Positions 1 to 12,600 of a stretch of DNA of 64,000 nucleotides are shown one piece after another. The translations under genes were made by a program, and so were the position numbers. The notes beneath the pieces are model-generated. The model saw only the letters and a list, made by a program, of their open reading frames with translations, made no database searches and was not told the origin of the DNA. The first letter of the stretch is position 1. Each line of letters starts with the position of its first letter. The stretch is from the NCBI GenBank assembly GCA_002269645.1, contig NIVC01001607.1, positions 196,427 through 260,426 of the forward strand, read 5' to 3'. The DNA comes from Macrostomum lignano (taxonomy: Eukaryota).

Positions 1-2
1 GC

Positions 3-2466
3 TTCTGCCGGGGTGGCCAATTATTGGCTGTTGGCACCTACGATGGCCGGGTGATGTTCTACGATACGGCTGAGAAGTTGTCCTACCACACCCTGATCGA
101 TCTGTACAAGGAGAGCACCGTGAAGAGGAGAAAGAGGAATAGGGGATTTTTCAAGGTGACTTTTTTGCTCTAATTCAATTGGATTTAACTGTTACTGTGT
201 CAATCTGTCACACTGGGTGTCAATTTGTCACTCTGAATGTATGTCAATTTGTCACTCTGGATGTCAATTTGTCAGTCTGGATGTCAATCTGTCACTCTGG
301 ATGTCAATCTGTCACTCTGGATGTCAATTTGTCACTCTGGGTGTCAATTTGTCACTCTGGATGTCAATTTGTCACTCTGGGTGTCATCTGTCACTCTGGA
401 TGTCAATCTGTCACTCTGGGTGTCAATTTGTCACTCTGAATGTCAATCTGTCACTCTGGATGTCAATTTGTCACTCTGGATGTCAATTTGTCACTCTGAA
501 TGTCAATCTGTCACTCTGGGTGTCATCTGTCACTCTGGATGTCAATCTGTCACTGAATGTCAATCTGTCACTCTGGATGTCAATTTGTCAGTCTGGATGT
601 CAATCTGTCACTCTGGATGTCAGTTTGTCACTATGGATGTCAATCTGTCACTCTGGGTGTCAATTTGTCACTCTGAATGTCAATCTGTCACTCTGGGTGT
701 CAATTTGTCACTCTGGGTGTCAATTTGTCACTCTGGGTGTCAATCTGTCACTCTGGATGTCAATTTGTCACTCTGGGTGTCAGTTTGTCACTCTGGGTGT
801 CAATTTGTCACTCTGGATGTCAATTTGTCAGTCTGGTTGTCATTTTGTCACTCTGGGTGTCAGTTTGTCACTCTGGATGTCAATTTGTCACTCTGGGTGT
901 CAATCTGTCACTCTGGGTGTCAATTTGTCAGTCTGGATGTCAATCTGTCACTCTGGATGTCAATCTGTCACTCTGGATGTCAATTTGTCAGTCTGGATGT
1001 CAATCTGTCACTCTGGATGTCAATTTGTTACTCTGGATGTCAATCTGTCACTCTGGGTGTCAATTTGTCACTCTGGGTGTCGTGCAAATAATTAAGGAAG
1101 ATTCAGTTTGCTATTAAATTTTAATGCGCAAACCCGATTGGCTATTTGTCAATTGACTGACAGGTGACAGGCATCGAGACCATGCCTGGTGACGCCAATC
1201 GGATCCTGGTTAGCAGCAACGACTCTAGACAGAGGCTCATTGACCTCAAAGATTATCAGGTCGTGTGCAAGTACAAGGGAGCCACCAATAAGTCGCATAT
1301 CAATGCGCACTTCAGTCCCACTGGCAGGTGAGACCTTGAAGAGAAACGAATGAGCCATCGCCACACTCCAGATCCCCAGTTGCTAAGGCAGTTACTATCC
1401 CAGATCCCCGGTTGCTAAGGCAGTTACTATTCCAGATCCCCAGTTGCTAAGGCAGTTACTATCCCAGATCCCGGTTGTTAAGGCAGTTACTATCCCAGAT
1501 CCACAGTTGCTAACCATGCTAAGGCAGTTACTATCCCAGATTACCAGTTTCTAAGGCAGTTACTATCCCAGATCCCCAGTTTCTAAGGCAGTTACTATCC
1601 CAGATCCCCAGTTGCTAAGGCAGCCCTCTTTCCCAGATCCCCAGTTGCTAAGACAGCCTCTATCTCAGATCCCCAGTTGCTAAGGCAGTTACTATCCCAG
1701 ATCCCCAGTTGCTAGGGCAGCCTCTATCCCAGATCCCCAGTTGCTAGGGCGGCCTCTATCCCAGATCCCCAGTTGCTAGGGAAGTTACTATCCCAGATCC
1801 CCAGTTGCTGGCCAGTCAGGCATGTTACTATCCCAGATCCCCAGTTTCTAAGGCAGCGTCTATCCCAGATCCCCAGTTGCTAAGGCAGCCTCTATCCCAG
1901 ATCCCCAGTTTCTAAGGCAGCCTCTATCCCAGATCCCCAGTTGCTAAGGCAGCCTCTATCTCAGATCCCCAGTTGCTAGGGCATTTTACTATCCCAGATC
2001 CCCAGTTGCTAAGGCAGCCTCTATCCCAGATCCCCAGTTGCTAAGGCAGCCTCTATCCCATATCCTCAGTTGCTAAGGCAGCCTCTATCTCAGATCCCCA
2101 GTTGCTATGCCACTCGCATAAAAACGCAGATACGTGATCAGCGGCTCCGAGGACAGCTGTTTCTACCTGTGGCGCACCGAGCACGGCTTTAAGCGCCAAT
2201 CGCGGTTCAGCGTAGTCCGCAGCGATCGAAACGCATTCTGGGAGGCCATACGGGCCAGCCCGGCCGTGGTCACTTGCGCTGTGTTCTCGCCGCAGCCACT
2301 GCTGGTGCTGGACAAACGCAACACTCGCAGCTACGAGCAAGCGGATCCTGAGTCCGTGCGCGTGCCCGCGCCCTCCGGTGGCAGCTTGCCGAGGGACGCC
2401 AAAGGCGAGATTATTGTGACCGCAGATTTCGACGGCTGTTTAAGAGTATTTAAGAACAAGGCCTAG
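3..2466 (+). CDS. WDR44: WD repeat protein 44 (Rab11-binding protein) homologue, last three exons: <3-155, 1164-1327, 2130-2466
   Basis: Spliced translation FCRGGQLLAVGTYDGRVMFYDT...K|VTGIETMPGDANRILVSSNDSRQRLIDLKD...KYKG...F|...YVISGSEDS...DRNAFWEAIRASPAVVTCAVFSP matches the WDR44 C-terminal WD40 region as I recall it. GT-AG introns have consistent phases (0, 2). Confidence 0.9.
206..1080. repeat. 20-bp minisatellite (GTCAATTTGTCACTCTGGAT variants) filling a WDR44 intron
   Basis: About 40 directly visible tandem units; the overlapping ORFs here are repeat artefacts. Confidence 0.95.
1368..2107. repeat. 32-bp minisatellite (CCCAGATCCCCAGTTGCTAAGGCAGTTACTAT) in the last WDR44 intron
   Basis: Visible tandem units. 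Confidence 0.95.
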
Positions 2467-2621
2467 TTTTTAACTGGGAGCCAGGTTTGCTAGTACTCTC
2501 GAATCATATATACTACTTTGCCTACTTAATAAGTAGTATGTATGAAAAAGTGTTCAGAAACTATTCTAATAGGCTTTTTATGAGTTGGAGCATGTAAAAC
2601 TTATGTATGCAGAAAAGGATT

Positions 2622-3257
2622 AATGTACATTAGCTAGTCAGTGCAATGTACATTAGCTAGGCAGTGCAATGTACATTGGCTAGTTAGTGCAATGTACATT
2701 AGCTAGTCAGTGCAATGTACATTAGCTAGTCAGTGCAATGTATCAATACATTAGCTAGTCAGCGCAATGTACATTGGCTAGTCTGTGCAATGTACATTAG
2801 CTAGTCAGTGCAATGTACATTGGCTAGTCACTGCAATGTACATTAGCTAGTCAGTGCAATGTACATTAGCTAGTCAGCGCAATGTACATTGGCTAGTCTG
2901 TGCAATGTACATTAGCTAGTCAGTGCAATGTACATTGGCTAGTCACTGCAATGTACATTAGCTAGGCAGTGCAATGTACATTGGCTAGTTAGTGCAATGT
3001 ACATTAGCTAGTCAGCGCAATGTACATTAGCTAATCAGTGCAATGTACATTAGCTAGTCAGTGCAATTTACATTAGCTAGTCAGTGTAATGTACATTGGC
3101 TAGTCAGTGCAATGTAAATTAGCTAGTCAGTGCAATGTACATTAAATAGTCAGTGCAATGTACATTAGCTAGTCAGTCCAATTTACATTAGCTAGTCAGT
3201 CCAATGTACATTGGCTAGTCAGTCCAATGTACATTAAATAGTCAGTGCAATGTACAG
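2622..3257. repeat. 23-bp minisatellite (AATGTACATTAGCTAGTCAGTGC) downstream of the WDR44 stop
   Basis: Visible tandem units containing the 10-bp palindrome AATGTACATT. Confidence 0.95.
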
Positions 3258-4354
3258 TCACAGCTTAGTCTCTCGGTACGTTAAAAAGGAAAATCTGTTA
3301 AACTGTTAAATAAAGACAAAGTGCTACTGAAAATGCTGGGAGCTGATTTTTACAATTTGTCTTTAGTATCTGAGCAATTTAAGGTGCTATGTACTCTATA
3401 TATTCTAAAGGCTTATATTTGTAATACCGATAAGTGAAAGTACATGTATTGTACTTCCTCCTGCCAAAATTAGCATAGTAATTTCATTATTCATGTAGTG
3501 ACCGGTTTTAACGACAATGCCTGTGATAATTCTCACCTGTACTGTCTGAAGTTTATGATTGTGTATTTTTATTTGCAATTTTTCAATTGAAATATTTATA
3601 TATGCACCTGTCAAGCAATGATGTACCTGCAATTGTAAATTGAGCAATCATCGTATTTTGAGCAGTTTTAGCTCAAAGTGTTCGCAATGTTATTACTAAT
3701 TTTTGCTCTTTTTACAGGTTTTTAAGTGCTCTATTATCCTAACTTACAAAATTTTTTGGGATTCTCAATTATTACTCATAAAATGTTTCAACTGCTGCTA
3801 GCAGTAGCCTGATGCGCTTATTTGCTCCCATTTCTAATGCAATAAAGGTAATAACATAAAAAAATTCAAGTTTTGTTAAGATTTTTCGCTACAATACAAA
3901 TGAAATATTTCATATAATTTAAAAGTATCTTTCGCTACATATCGGGATTTGAGAAATTGTAGCTTCCCGATCTCTTCAGCCAATTTTTCTAGGTTTTAGT
4001 ACGGCTCATTCGAGTCATTTATGATCCTGCTATTCTTAAATTGTCCATTTTTAATCAGCTAGACTCTCGGGTTCTCGCGTATCCGATAGATAAAATCTTA
4101 TAAGGCATATAAAAGTAGTATTCATAATTAATATGGCGGCTACAGCCCTCCATCCACCGGTCGTTGCAATAGTCCATTGCATTCTAGTTTGTGTCTATAT
4201 ACCTATATACCTTACAACAAATTGCTTTTGGGTTTGTAATAAAATTATTAAATGGAGCTCAATTAGCTCTTGGAGTGAAGTTCATTTTAATTCGGTCAAT
4301 ACGCTTTATTTTATTGCCATTATAATTGCTCGTAGTATCTTTGTGGGACAAGTC

Positions 4355-4852
4355 ACGTGATTTAGGCTATTTATTGGCTGAAGTCACGTGACTTAGGCTA
4401 TATATCGGCTGAAGTCACGTGATTTAGGCTATTTTTTGGCTTAAGTCACGTGATTTAGGCTATTTATTGGCTGAAGTCACGTGATTTAGGCTATTTATTG
4501 GCTGAAGTCACGTGATTTAGGCTATTTTTTGGCTGAAGTCACGTGATTTAGGCTATTTATTGGCTGAAGTCACGTGACTTAGGCTATATATCGGCTGAAG
4601 TCACGTGACTTAGGCTATATATCGGCTGAAGTCACGTGATTTAGGCTATTTATTGACTGAAGTCACGTGATTTAGGCTATTTATTGGCTGAAGTCACGTG
4701 ATTTAGGCTATTTATTGACTGAAGTCACGTGATTTAGGCTATTTATTGACTGAAGTCACGTGATTTAGGCTTTTTTGGCTGAAGTCACGTGATTTAGGCT
4801 ATTTATTGACTGAAGTCACGTGATTTAAACTTTATTGGCTGAAGTCACGTGA
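4355..4852. repeat. 31-bp minisatellite (GAAGTCACGTGATTTAGGCTATTTATTGGCT), about 16 copies, each with a CACGTG E-box and most with ATTGG
   Basis: Visible tandem units; the last unit abuts the giant palindrome. Confidence 0.95.
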
Positions 4853-7800
4853 CTACTAAGGACGCATTTATCCGGGCGTTTTGGAGGTGGGGTGGGTGTC
4901 AACCCTCCTCGCCTCTCATTGGCTGGCGCCCCGATCACTAGGTGATCGATACGCGTATCGATATCGGCGCTCGGCGCGCGCGCGCCGCAGGCGCGTGGCG
5001 CCAAGCGCCGCAGGCGCACCCTCCCGATATGTGCACCCTCCCGAGCCGCAGGCGACCCTCCAGAGCAGCAGGCGACCCTCCAGAGCAGCAGGCGCCCATC
5101 CCGCAGGGGTACCCTCCCGATATGTATGCGCACCCTTCCGATATGTATGTCGCAGGCCCCATGCTGCAGGCGCCCCATGCCGCAAGCACCCCGAGTGTAC
5201 ACTCTACCGAGCCGCAGGCACCCCGAGTGTACACTCTACCGAGCCGCAGGCACCCCGAGTGTACACTCTCCCGATATGTACACTCTACCACTCTTCCGAT
5301 ATGTAGTCATCGATACGGGCCTCTTCCCCTCTCTCACCTACATCTCAACTAGCGAAATCGAACCCAGGTCGCGCCCATACTAGGACACTACACGGTTGTG
5401 GGGTATAGGGAGCGAGAAGTTTCAACCCTAACGCTGACGCAGCCCTGTACAGTGAGAGTGTACGGGCAGAGAGGGGTGGCGCGGACAGAGAACCAGCCAC
5501 TAGGTTGTTATACTGTTGAAGCATAGGGAGCGAGAAGTTTTAACCCCGATGCTGACGCAGCCCTGTACACTGAGCGTGTACGGGCAGAGGGTGGGTGGAA
5601 AGAGATGTGAATAACACAGCCTGCTGCAGGAGCCGGATAGAGAGGCGCATGCTAGGACAGAGAGGTAGTGTGAGTCACACACACCCCACAGAGAAAGCCA
5701 TACAGAGGATAGAGAGCTCCCTCCCCAGTTGCAGGGGACAGAGAGGCAGGCAGGGTATGCAGGGGCATGCGAACCGTCAAGGGGCCACGCGAGGATAGAG
5801 TGGAGGAGCAGAGATGTGTTTGGACAGAGAGCCAGCCACGTGTGCGTAGTGTGAGGGAACAGAAACATATGGAGCAGGAGGGAGATAGGAAGCAAACGCG
5901 CAGGGTAAGGGAGCCACACAGGGCGGTACAGTGAGACACGGGCAGGGGTGGAGCCGTGCGTGGACAGAGCTGAACGGCACGGTCAGCTGCAGGAATAGGA
6001 TGATAGAGAGGCGCGGAGGGGGACAGAGAGCAGTGTGCAGGGGTAGGCAGCCACGCAGGCTGGGGAACAGAGAGGCGCGTGTCAGCCAGTTGCAGCCCGG
6101 GACAGAGAAGTATGAAGGGGGGCCTGGGACAGAGTTCCGAGCAAGGCACAGAGGTAGGGTCCTGTAGCTATGTATAGGCAGGGAGCCACGCGAGGGCAGG
6201 ACAGGGGAGCAGACATGCAAGTTGCATGCAAGGCCAGAGAGGTGTGCGCGGAGGGAGACAGAGAGCAGTGTGTAGGGGTAGGTAACAGCAAACTTTAGTA
6301 GCGGCGCGTGCGGGGACGGAGAAACCAGTCAGAGCATACAGAGACGTTACAGAGAGGTACACAAGCAGAGACCAAAGCGAGCAGAGCACATGTGTAGGGA
6401 CAGAGACGTGAGGGAGAATCGACCAAAACACGCTATGTATTTTCAAAAGTTGGTTTTAGTGCAACATGTTTAATAGTGGGTAGTATAATAGTATGTACAT
6501 AGTAGGTATAATAGTAGTAATAATAGTAAGCATATTAGCCCAAAAGGTAGACTAAAACAGGCTAAACTGTGTGTACGCATCCTCATCACCCCACAAGCCC
6601 CCTCTCCCGCCAGACTCACTCTACCAAACCCTCCTGTATTGCTGCATGAAGGAAAATATAGTGTAAAAATACAGATCTTAACCGTCAGACCGCTGAAATC
6701 AGGGCACACTAGAGGGGGTTTCGGGGTCTGCATGCTCTATGTAAGCTGCTTGAGGAGGTTCCAAGGGCGTTGTGAGGGTTTCCATTATGTTTTGAAAAAA
6801 AACTAGAGGCTTAAATACAACGTTTTATTCAAAAGTAGGTTATTTTAATGAAATAGCTGACACAATCATTGTCGAGAGTAGAAATTTTTATAAGAAACCA
6901 GGCATTTTAGCAAAAATAAACCTTCAAACCACATAAAATTGAATAAAAAGCAGACATTTTCAATTATAAACCGCAAGTATTTTAATAGAAAAGTAAGCAA
7001 ACAAGGCACAAAACCAGCAAATTTTACCTTTTTATTTTAATGTTACTGATAAGGTAGAGAGTAGAAACTTGTGAGCTGTACGGAGTTAGAAAGTATTAAC
7101 CATTATGTATCGTATGAATTATTAGTTCAGTACCAGCCATTGGTCAAGCGAGCATTTATGAAGTTATTACGAGTGATGAAGGGATAGAGAGCTATATACA
7201 GGAAGACAGTATCCTTCTAAACCACCACGAACAGATTGCTAATAGAGATAAGCTTTGTCTGTGTGCAGTATGAGTAAGCGAAGGCGGGGCAAATACTTTT
7301 CCACATGCCGGACAGAACAGTATTGTGCTAGGATTTCTCTCGAAATCGCGGTACGTTACTAGTTTTTATCACACCATCCAGATGCGTCAACTAGTCAGCA
7401 GTAGTAATTTATATGTTATTAGAACTTACAAACCCAGGTCAAGTAAATATTACAAAGAGTATATTACGTACACACACCAACTACGAATACCAAGCCATAC
7501 TAGTCTACTTGCAGTGCTCCTGGAGGGAAGGGACGGCGGGGTGTACATCCGGCAGGGTGGGCGTCCAGCGAGTGTACATCTGACAGGATGGGTGTTCAGC
7601 AAGTGTACATCTGACAGGGTGGGCGTTCAGCAAGTGTACCTTCAGCGTCGAGTAGGTGTACACCCGTCAGTGGGAACTCAGCCCCTCCCACCAATGTCGT
7701 GTGCATGCGGTTAGTCAGTATAGTGGTGGGGTAGACGGTGCAGGAAGGAAACCCAGATGCTGACGCTGCCCTGTACAGCGAGCAACCAGCCCTCCTGTAG

Positions 7801-9395
7801 CAGGAGGGGGACAGAGAGTGCGTGGAGGCAGTAGGAGATAGAGGACGCTACCCGGCATGTCGCAGCACGCGGCGCGGGACAGAGAGGCAGTGTGTAAGTC
7901 ACCCCCACAGGGAGAGCTGCCCTGGCAGGAGGCGCGGGACAGAGAGGCGGTGAATCACACCCCACGGAGAGAGCCGTACAGCGAGCTTCCCCACCCGAGT
8001 CCGGTAAATATTACAGAGTATTACGTGCACACGCCAGCCCTGAATACCAAGCCATACTAGTCTACCTGCAGTGCTCCCAGAGGGAAGGGATGGTCAGGAG
8101 TTACACACCAAGAATGCATTCATACAAAGAGTACACAACTCGAGCCCAGACACCAAGTCACAGTCTACTTACAGTAGAGATGGTAGATTAATAGCAAGAT
8201 TATATTACAATTAGACCTCCCTAGCACATGAGGAGTGAAATTCAATAATAATTGAATTCAATAATAATACAACATTTAGACGTAGTAATTTAATTACAAA
8301 ATACCACTAACACTGAGCCAACGAATTGTAGGTTACAAAGGAGTTGCCACTCATATGGAAAGCCAGTATAATGCAGGTGTATATTATTAAAACATAGACA
8401 AAAACGATGCAGACGTATATACACACTATTGATTTTGTACATGTACATTTCGGCATATTACCACACATCGCAGGCACATATTATATATCGGGGGATAGGT
8501 TAAAATACACACATCGTAGATGTAGAAGCAGACACAATGCAGGAAAATTATGATACGAGTGTACATATTAGTGCGTAAAAGTATCATATTATGACACCCT
8601 GTAGCACATATTGACATAATGCAGGGGAAAATATTGACAGAAATAGTACACAATTGTAGAGGTAACAACCCGCCAACTAGTAAGGACATCCAGCACTTGT
8701 TCAGGTTTTTATTATTTCGAGACGAGTGTCATGCCCCCGCAAGAGATCTTATCAGAAATTTGTTGAACTCCACTGCAACTCTCCCCAGAGCCTCCAAATG
8801 TGAGTTTTTAACCCAGGGTCGAGTACAAAGGACCCGCCCACTCTTAACCCCAAGGGGTGATCGTAGCGGAGACCAAGTACAGTGCGGACGGAGAGGGGTA
8901 ACAGAAAGCGCTGCATCAGACCGCAGGGCTGCATTCCTCCCCCGAGGTAGGCGCGTCAGCTCCCACTCCTCATTTAACCATCAAGTAAACTAAAGAAGTC
9001 AAGCAGAAAGCCTTACAATCACCCGCAACCAGCACAAGTAAGAGTACTTTCCACTAGAGAGCCATAGTGCAAGATTCGCGAGCCAAGTTGAAGAAGCACA
9101 CCAAATTACACTAAAGACATATGTATTAAAAAGCATACCGGCACCTCTACAAAAACACAGTATGTACCGATTAAAGTTGCTTTTGGTGCAGTGTATTTAA
9201 TAAAAAGCAGGTACCTAACACAAAAGTAGGCATCAATGCAGTGCACGGACTAAACTGTATTTACAAACGCAGGGCAACGAACTACACACAATGTAGCGCA
9301 TAGACATAATTGTACGCATAAATGTACGCAATTTCCGGTATATAGGACCACATGTACGCAAATGTACACAATGTACACAAACACAAACACAAACA

Positions 9396-9434
<39 letters not shown>

Positions 9435-9642
9435 AGGCGTATTCACAGCAAGAGCTTCCTGCCGATGGCGCCATCGCCTGCGGCGATCGGCGCTGCAGGA
9501 TGCGCTCTGCAGGATACGCCTGAGCAGAAACACACACACACACACACACACACTCAGGCGTATTCACAGCAAGAGCTTCCTGCCGATGGCGCCATCGCCT
9601 GCGGCGATCGGCGCTGCAGGATGCGCTCTGCAGGATACGCCT

Positions 9643-9691
<49 letters not shown>

Positions 9692-12600
9692 TGTTTGTGT
9701 TTGTGTACATTGTGTACATTTGCGTACATGTGGTCCTATATACCGGAAATTGCGTACATTTATGCGTACAATTATGTCTATGCGCTACATTGTGTGTAGT
9801 TCGTTGCCCTGCGTTTGTAAATACAGTTTAGTCCGTGCACTGCATTGATGCCTACTTTTGTGTTAGGTACCTGCTTTTTATTAAATACACTGCACCAAAA
9901 GCAACTTTAATCGGTACATACTGTGTTTTTGTAGAGGTGCCGGTATGCTTTTTAATACATATGTCTTTAGTGTAATTTGGTGTGCTTCTTCAACTTGGCT
10001 CGCGAATCTTGCACTATGGCTCTCTAGTGGAAAGTACTCTTACTTGTGCTGGTTGCGGGTGATTGTAAGGCTTTCTGCTTGACTTCTTTAGTTTACTTGA
10101 TGGTTAAATGAGGAGTGGGAGCTGACGCGCCTACCTCGGGGGAGGAATGCAGCCCTGCGGTCTGATGCAGCGCTTTCTGTTACCCCTCTCCGTCCGCACT
10201 GTACTTGGTCTCCGCTACGATCACCCCTTGGGGTTAAGAGTGGGCGGGTCCTTTGTACTCGACCCTGGGTTAAAAACTCACATTTGGAGGCTCTGGGGAG
10301 AGTTGCAGTGGAGTTCAACAAATTTCTGATAAGATCTCTTGCGGGGGCATGACACTCGTCTCGAAATAATAAAAACCTGAACAAGTGCTGGATGTCCTTA
10401 CTAGTTGGCGGGTTGTTACCTCTACAATTGTGTACTATTTCTGTCAATATTTTCCCCTGCATTATGTCAATATGTGCTACAGGGTGTCATAATATGATAC
10501 TTTTACGCACTAATATGTACACTCGTATCATAATTTTCCTGCATTGTGTCTGCTTCTACATCTACGATGTGTGTATTTTAACCTATCCCCCGATATATAA
10601 TATGTGCCTGCGATGTGTGGTAATATGCCGAAATGTACATGTACAAAATCAATAGTGTGTATATACGTCTGCATCGTTTTTGTCTATGTTTTAATAATAT
10701 ACACCTGCATTATACTGGCTTTCCATATGAGTGGCAACTCCTTTGTAACCTACAATTCGTTGGCTCAGTGTTAGTGGTATTTTGTAATTAAATTACTACG
10801 TCTAAATGTTGTATTATTATTGAATTCAATTATTATTGAATTTCACTCCTCATGTGCTAGGGAGGTCTAATTGTAATATAATCTTGCTATTAATCTACCA
10901 TCTCTACTGTAAGTAGACTGTGACTTGGTGTCTGGGCTCGAGTTGTGTACTCTTTGTATGAATGCATTCTTGGTGTGTAACTCCTGACCATCCCTTCCCT
11001 CTGGGAGCACTGCAGGTAGACTAGTATGGCTTGGTATTCAGGGCTGGCGTGTGCACGTAATACTCTGTAATATTTACCGGACTCGGGTGGGGAAGCTCGC
11101 TGTACGGCTCTCTCCGTGGGGTGTGATTCACCGCCTCTCTGTCCCGCGCCTCCTGCCAGGGCAGCTCTCCCTGTGGGGGTGACTTACACACTGCCTCTCT
11201 GTCCCGCGCCGCGTGCTGCGACATGCCGGGTAGCGTCCTCTATCTCCTACTGCCTCCACGCACTCTCTGTCCCCCTCCTGCTACAGGAGGGCTGGTTGCT
11301 CGCTGTACAGGGCAGCGTCAGCATCTGGGTTTCCTTCCTGCACCGTCTACCCCACCACTATACTGACTAACCGCATGCACACGACATTGGTGGGAGGGGC
11401 TGAGTTCCCACTGACGGGTGTACACCTACTCGACGCTGAAGGTACACTTGCTGAACGCCCACCCTGTCAGATGTACACTTGCTGAACACCCATCCTGTCA
11501 GATGTACACTCGCTGGACGCCCACCCTGCCGGATGTACACCCCGCCGTCCCTTCCCTCCAGGAGCACTGCAAGTAGACTAGTATGGCTTGGTATTCGTAG
11601 TTGGTGTGTGTACGTAATATACTCTTTGTAATATTTACTTGACCTGGGTTTGTAAGTTCTAATAACATATAAATGACTACTGCTGACTAGTTGACGCATC
11701 TGGATGGTGTGATAAAAACTAGTAACGTACCGCGATTTCGAGAGAAATCCTAGCACAATACTGTTCTGTCCGGCATGTGGAAAAGTATTTGCCCCGCCTT
11801 CGCTTACTCATACTGCACACAGACAAAGCTTATCTCTATTAGCAATCTGTTCGTGGTGGTTTAGAAGGATACTGTCTTCCTGTATATAGCTCTCTATCCC
11901 TTCATCACTCGTAATAACTTCATAAATGCTCGCTTGACCAATGGCTGGTACTGAACTAATAATTCATACGATACATAATGGTTAATACTTTCTAACTCCG
12001 TACAGCTCACAAGTTTCTACTCTCTACCTTATCAGTAACATTAAAATAAAAAGGTAAAATTTGCTGGTTTTGTGCCTTGTTTGCTTACTTTTCTATTAAA
12101 ATACTTGCGGTTTATAATTGAAAATGTCTGCTTTTTATTCAATTTTATGTGGTTTGAAGGTTTATTTTTGCTAAAATGCCTGGTTTCTTACAAAAATTTC
12201 TACCCTCGACAATGATTGTGTCAGCTATTTCATTAAAATAACCTACTTTTGAATAAAACGTTGTATTTAAGCCTCTAGTTTTTTTTCAAAACATAATGGA
12301 AACCCTCACAACGCCCTTGGAACCTCCTCAAGCAGCTTACATAGAGCATGCAGACCCCGAAACCCCCTCTAGTGTGCCCTGATTTCAGCGGTCTGACGGT
12401 TAAGATCTGTATTTTTACACTATATTTTCCTTCATGCAGCAATACAGGAGGGTTTGGTAGAGTGAGTCTGGCGGGAGAGGGGGCTTGTGGGGTGATGAGG
12501 ATGCGTACACACAGTTTAGCCTGTTTTAGTCTACCTTTTGGGCTAATATGCTTACTATTATTACTACTATTATACCTACTATGTACATACTATTATACTA

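Noticed and set aside
179-1117. Long Cys/Val-rich ORFs here and similar ORFs at 19751-20365, 46678-49553, 51787-52602 and 55745-56132
   Set aside because: They are stop-free translations of tandem repeats lying in introns or UTRs.
8619-8993. 124-aa ORF in the arm (mirror copy at 10088-10462) and other short arm ORFs
   Set aside because: No recognisable motif, and their duplication simply reflects the palindrome. Not called as genes.
4853-9431. Arm as an endogenous parvovirus, Polinton or palindromic rDNA
   Set aside because: No NS1/SF3 helicase, capsid, polymerase, integrase or rRNA-like sequence recognised, and no long ORF in any frame. Only the architecture is reminiscent.
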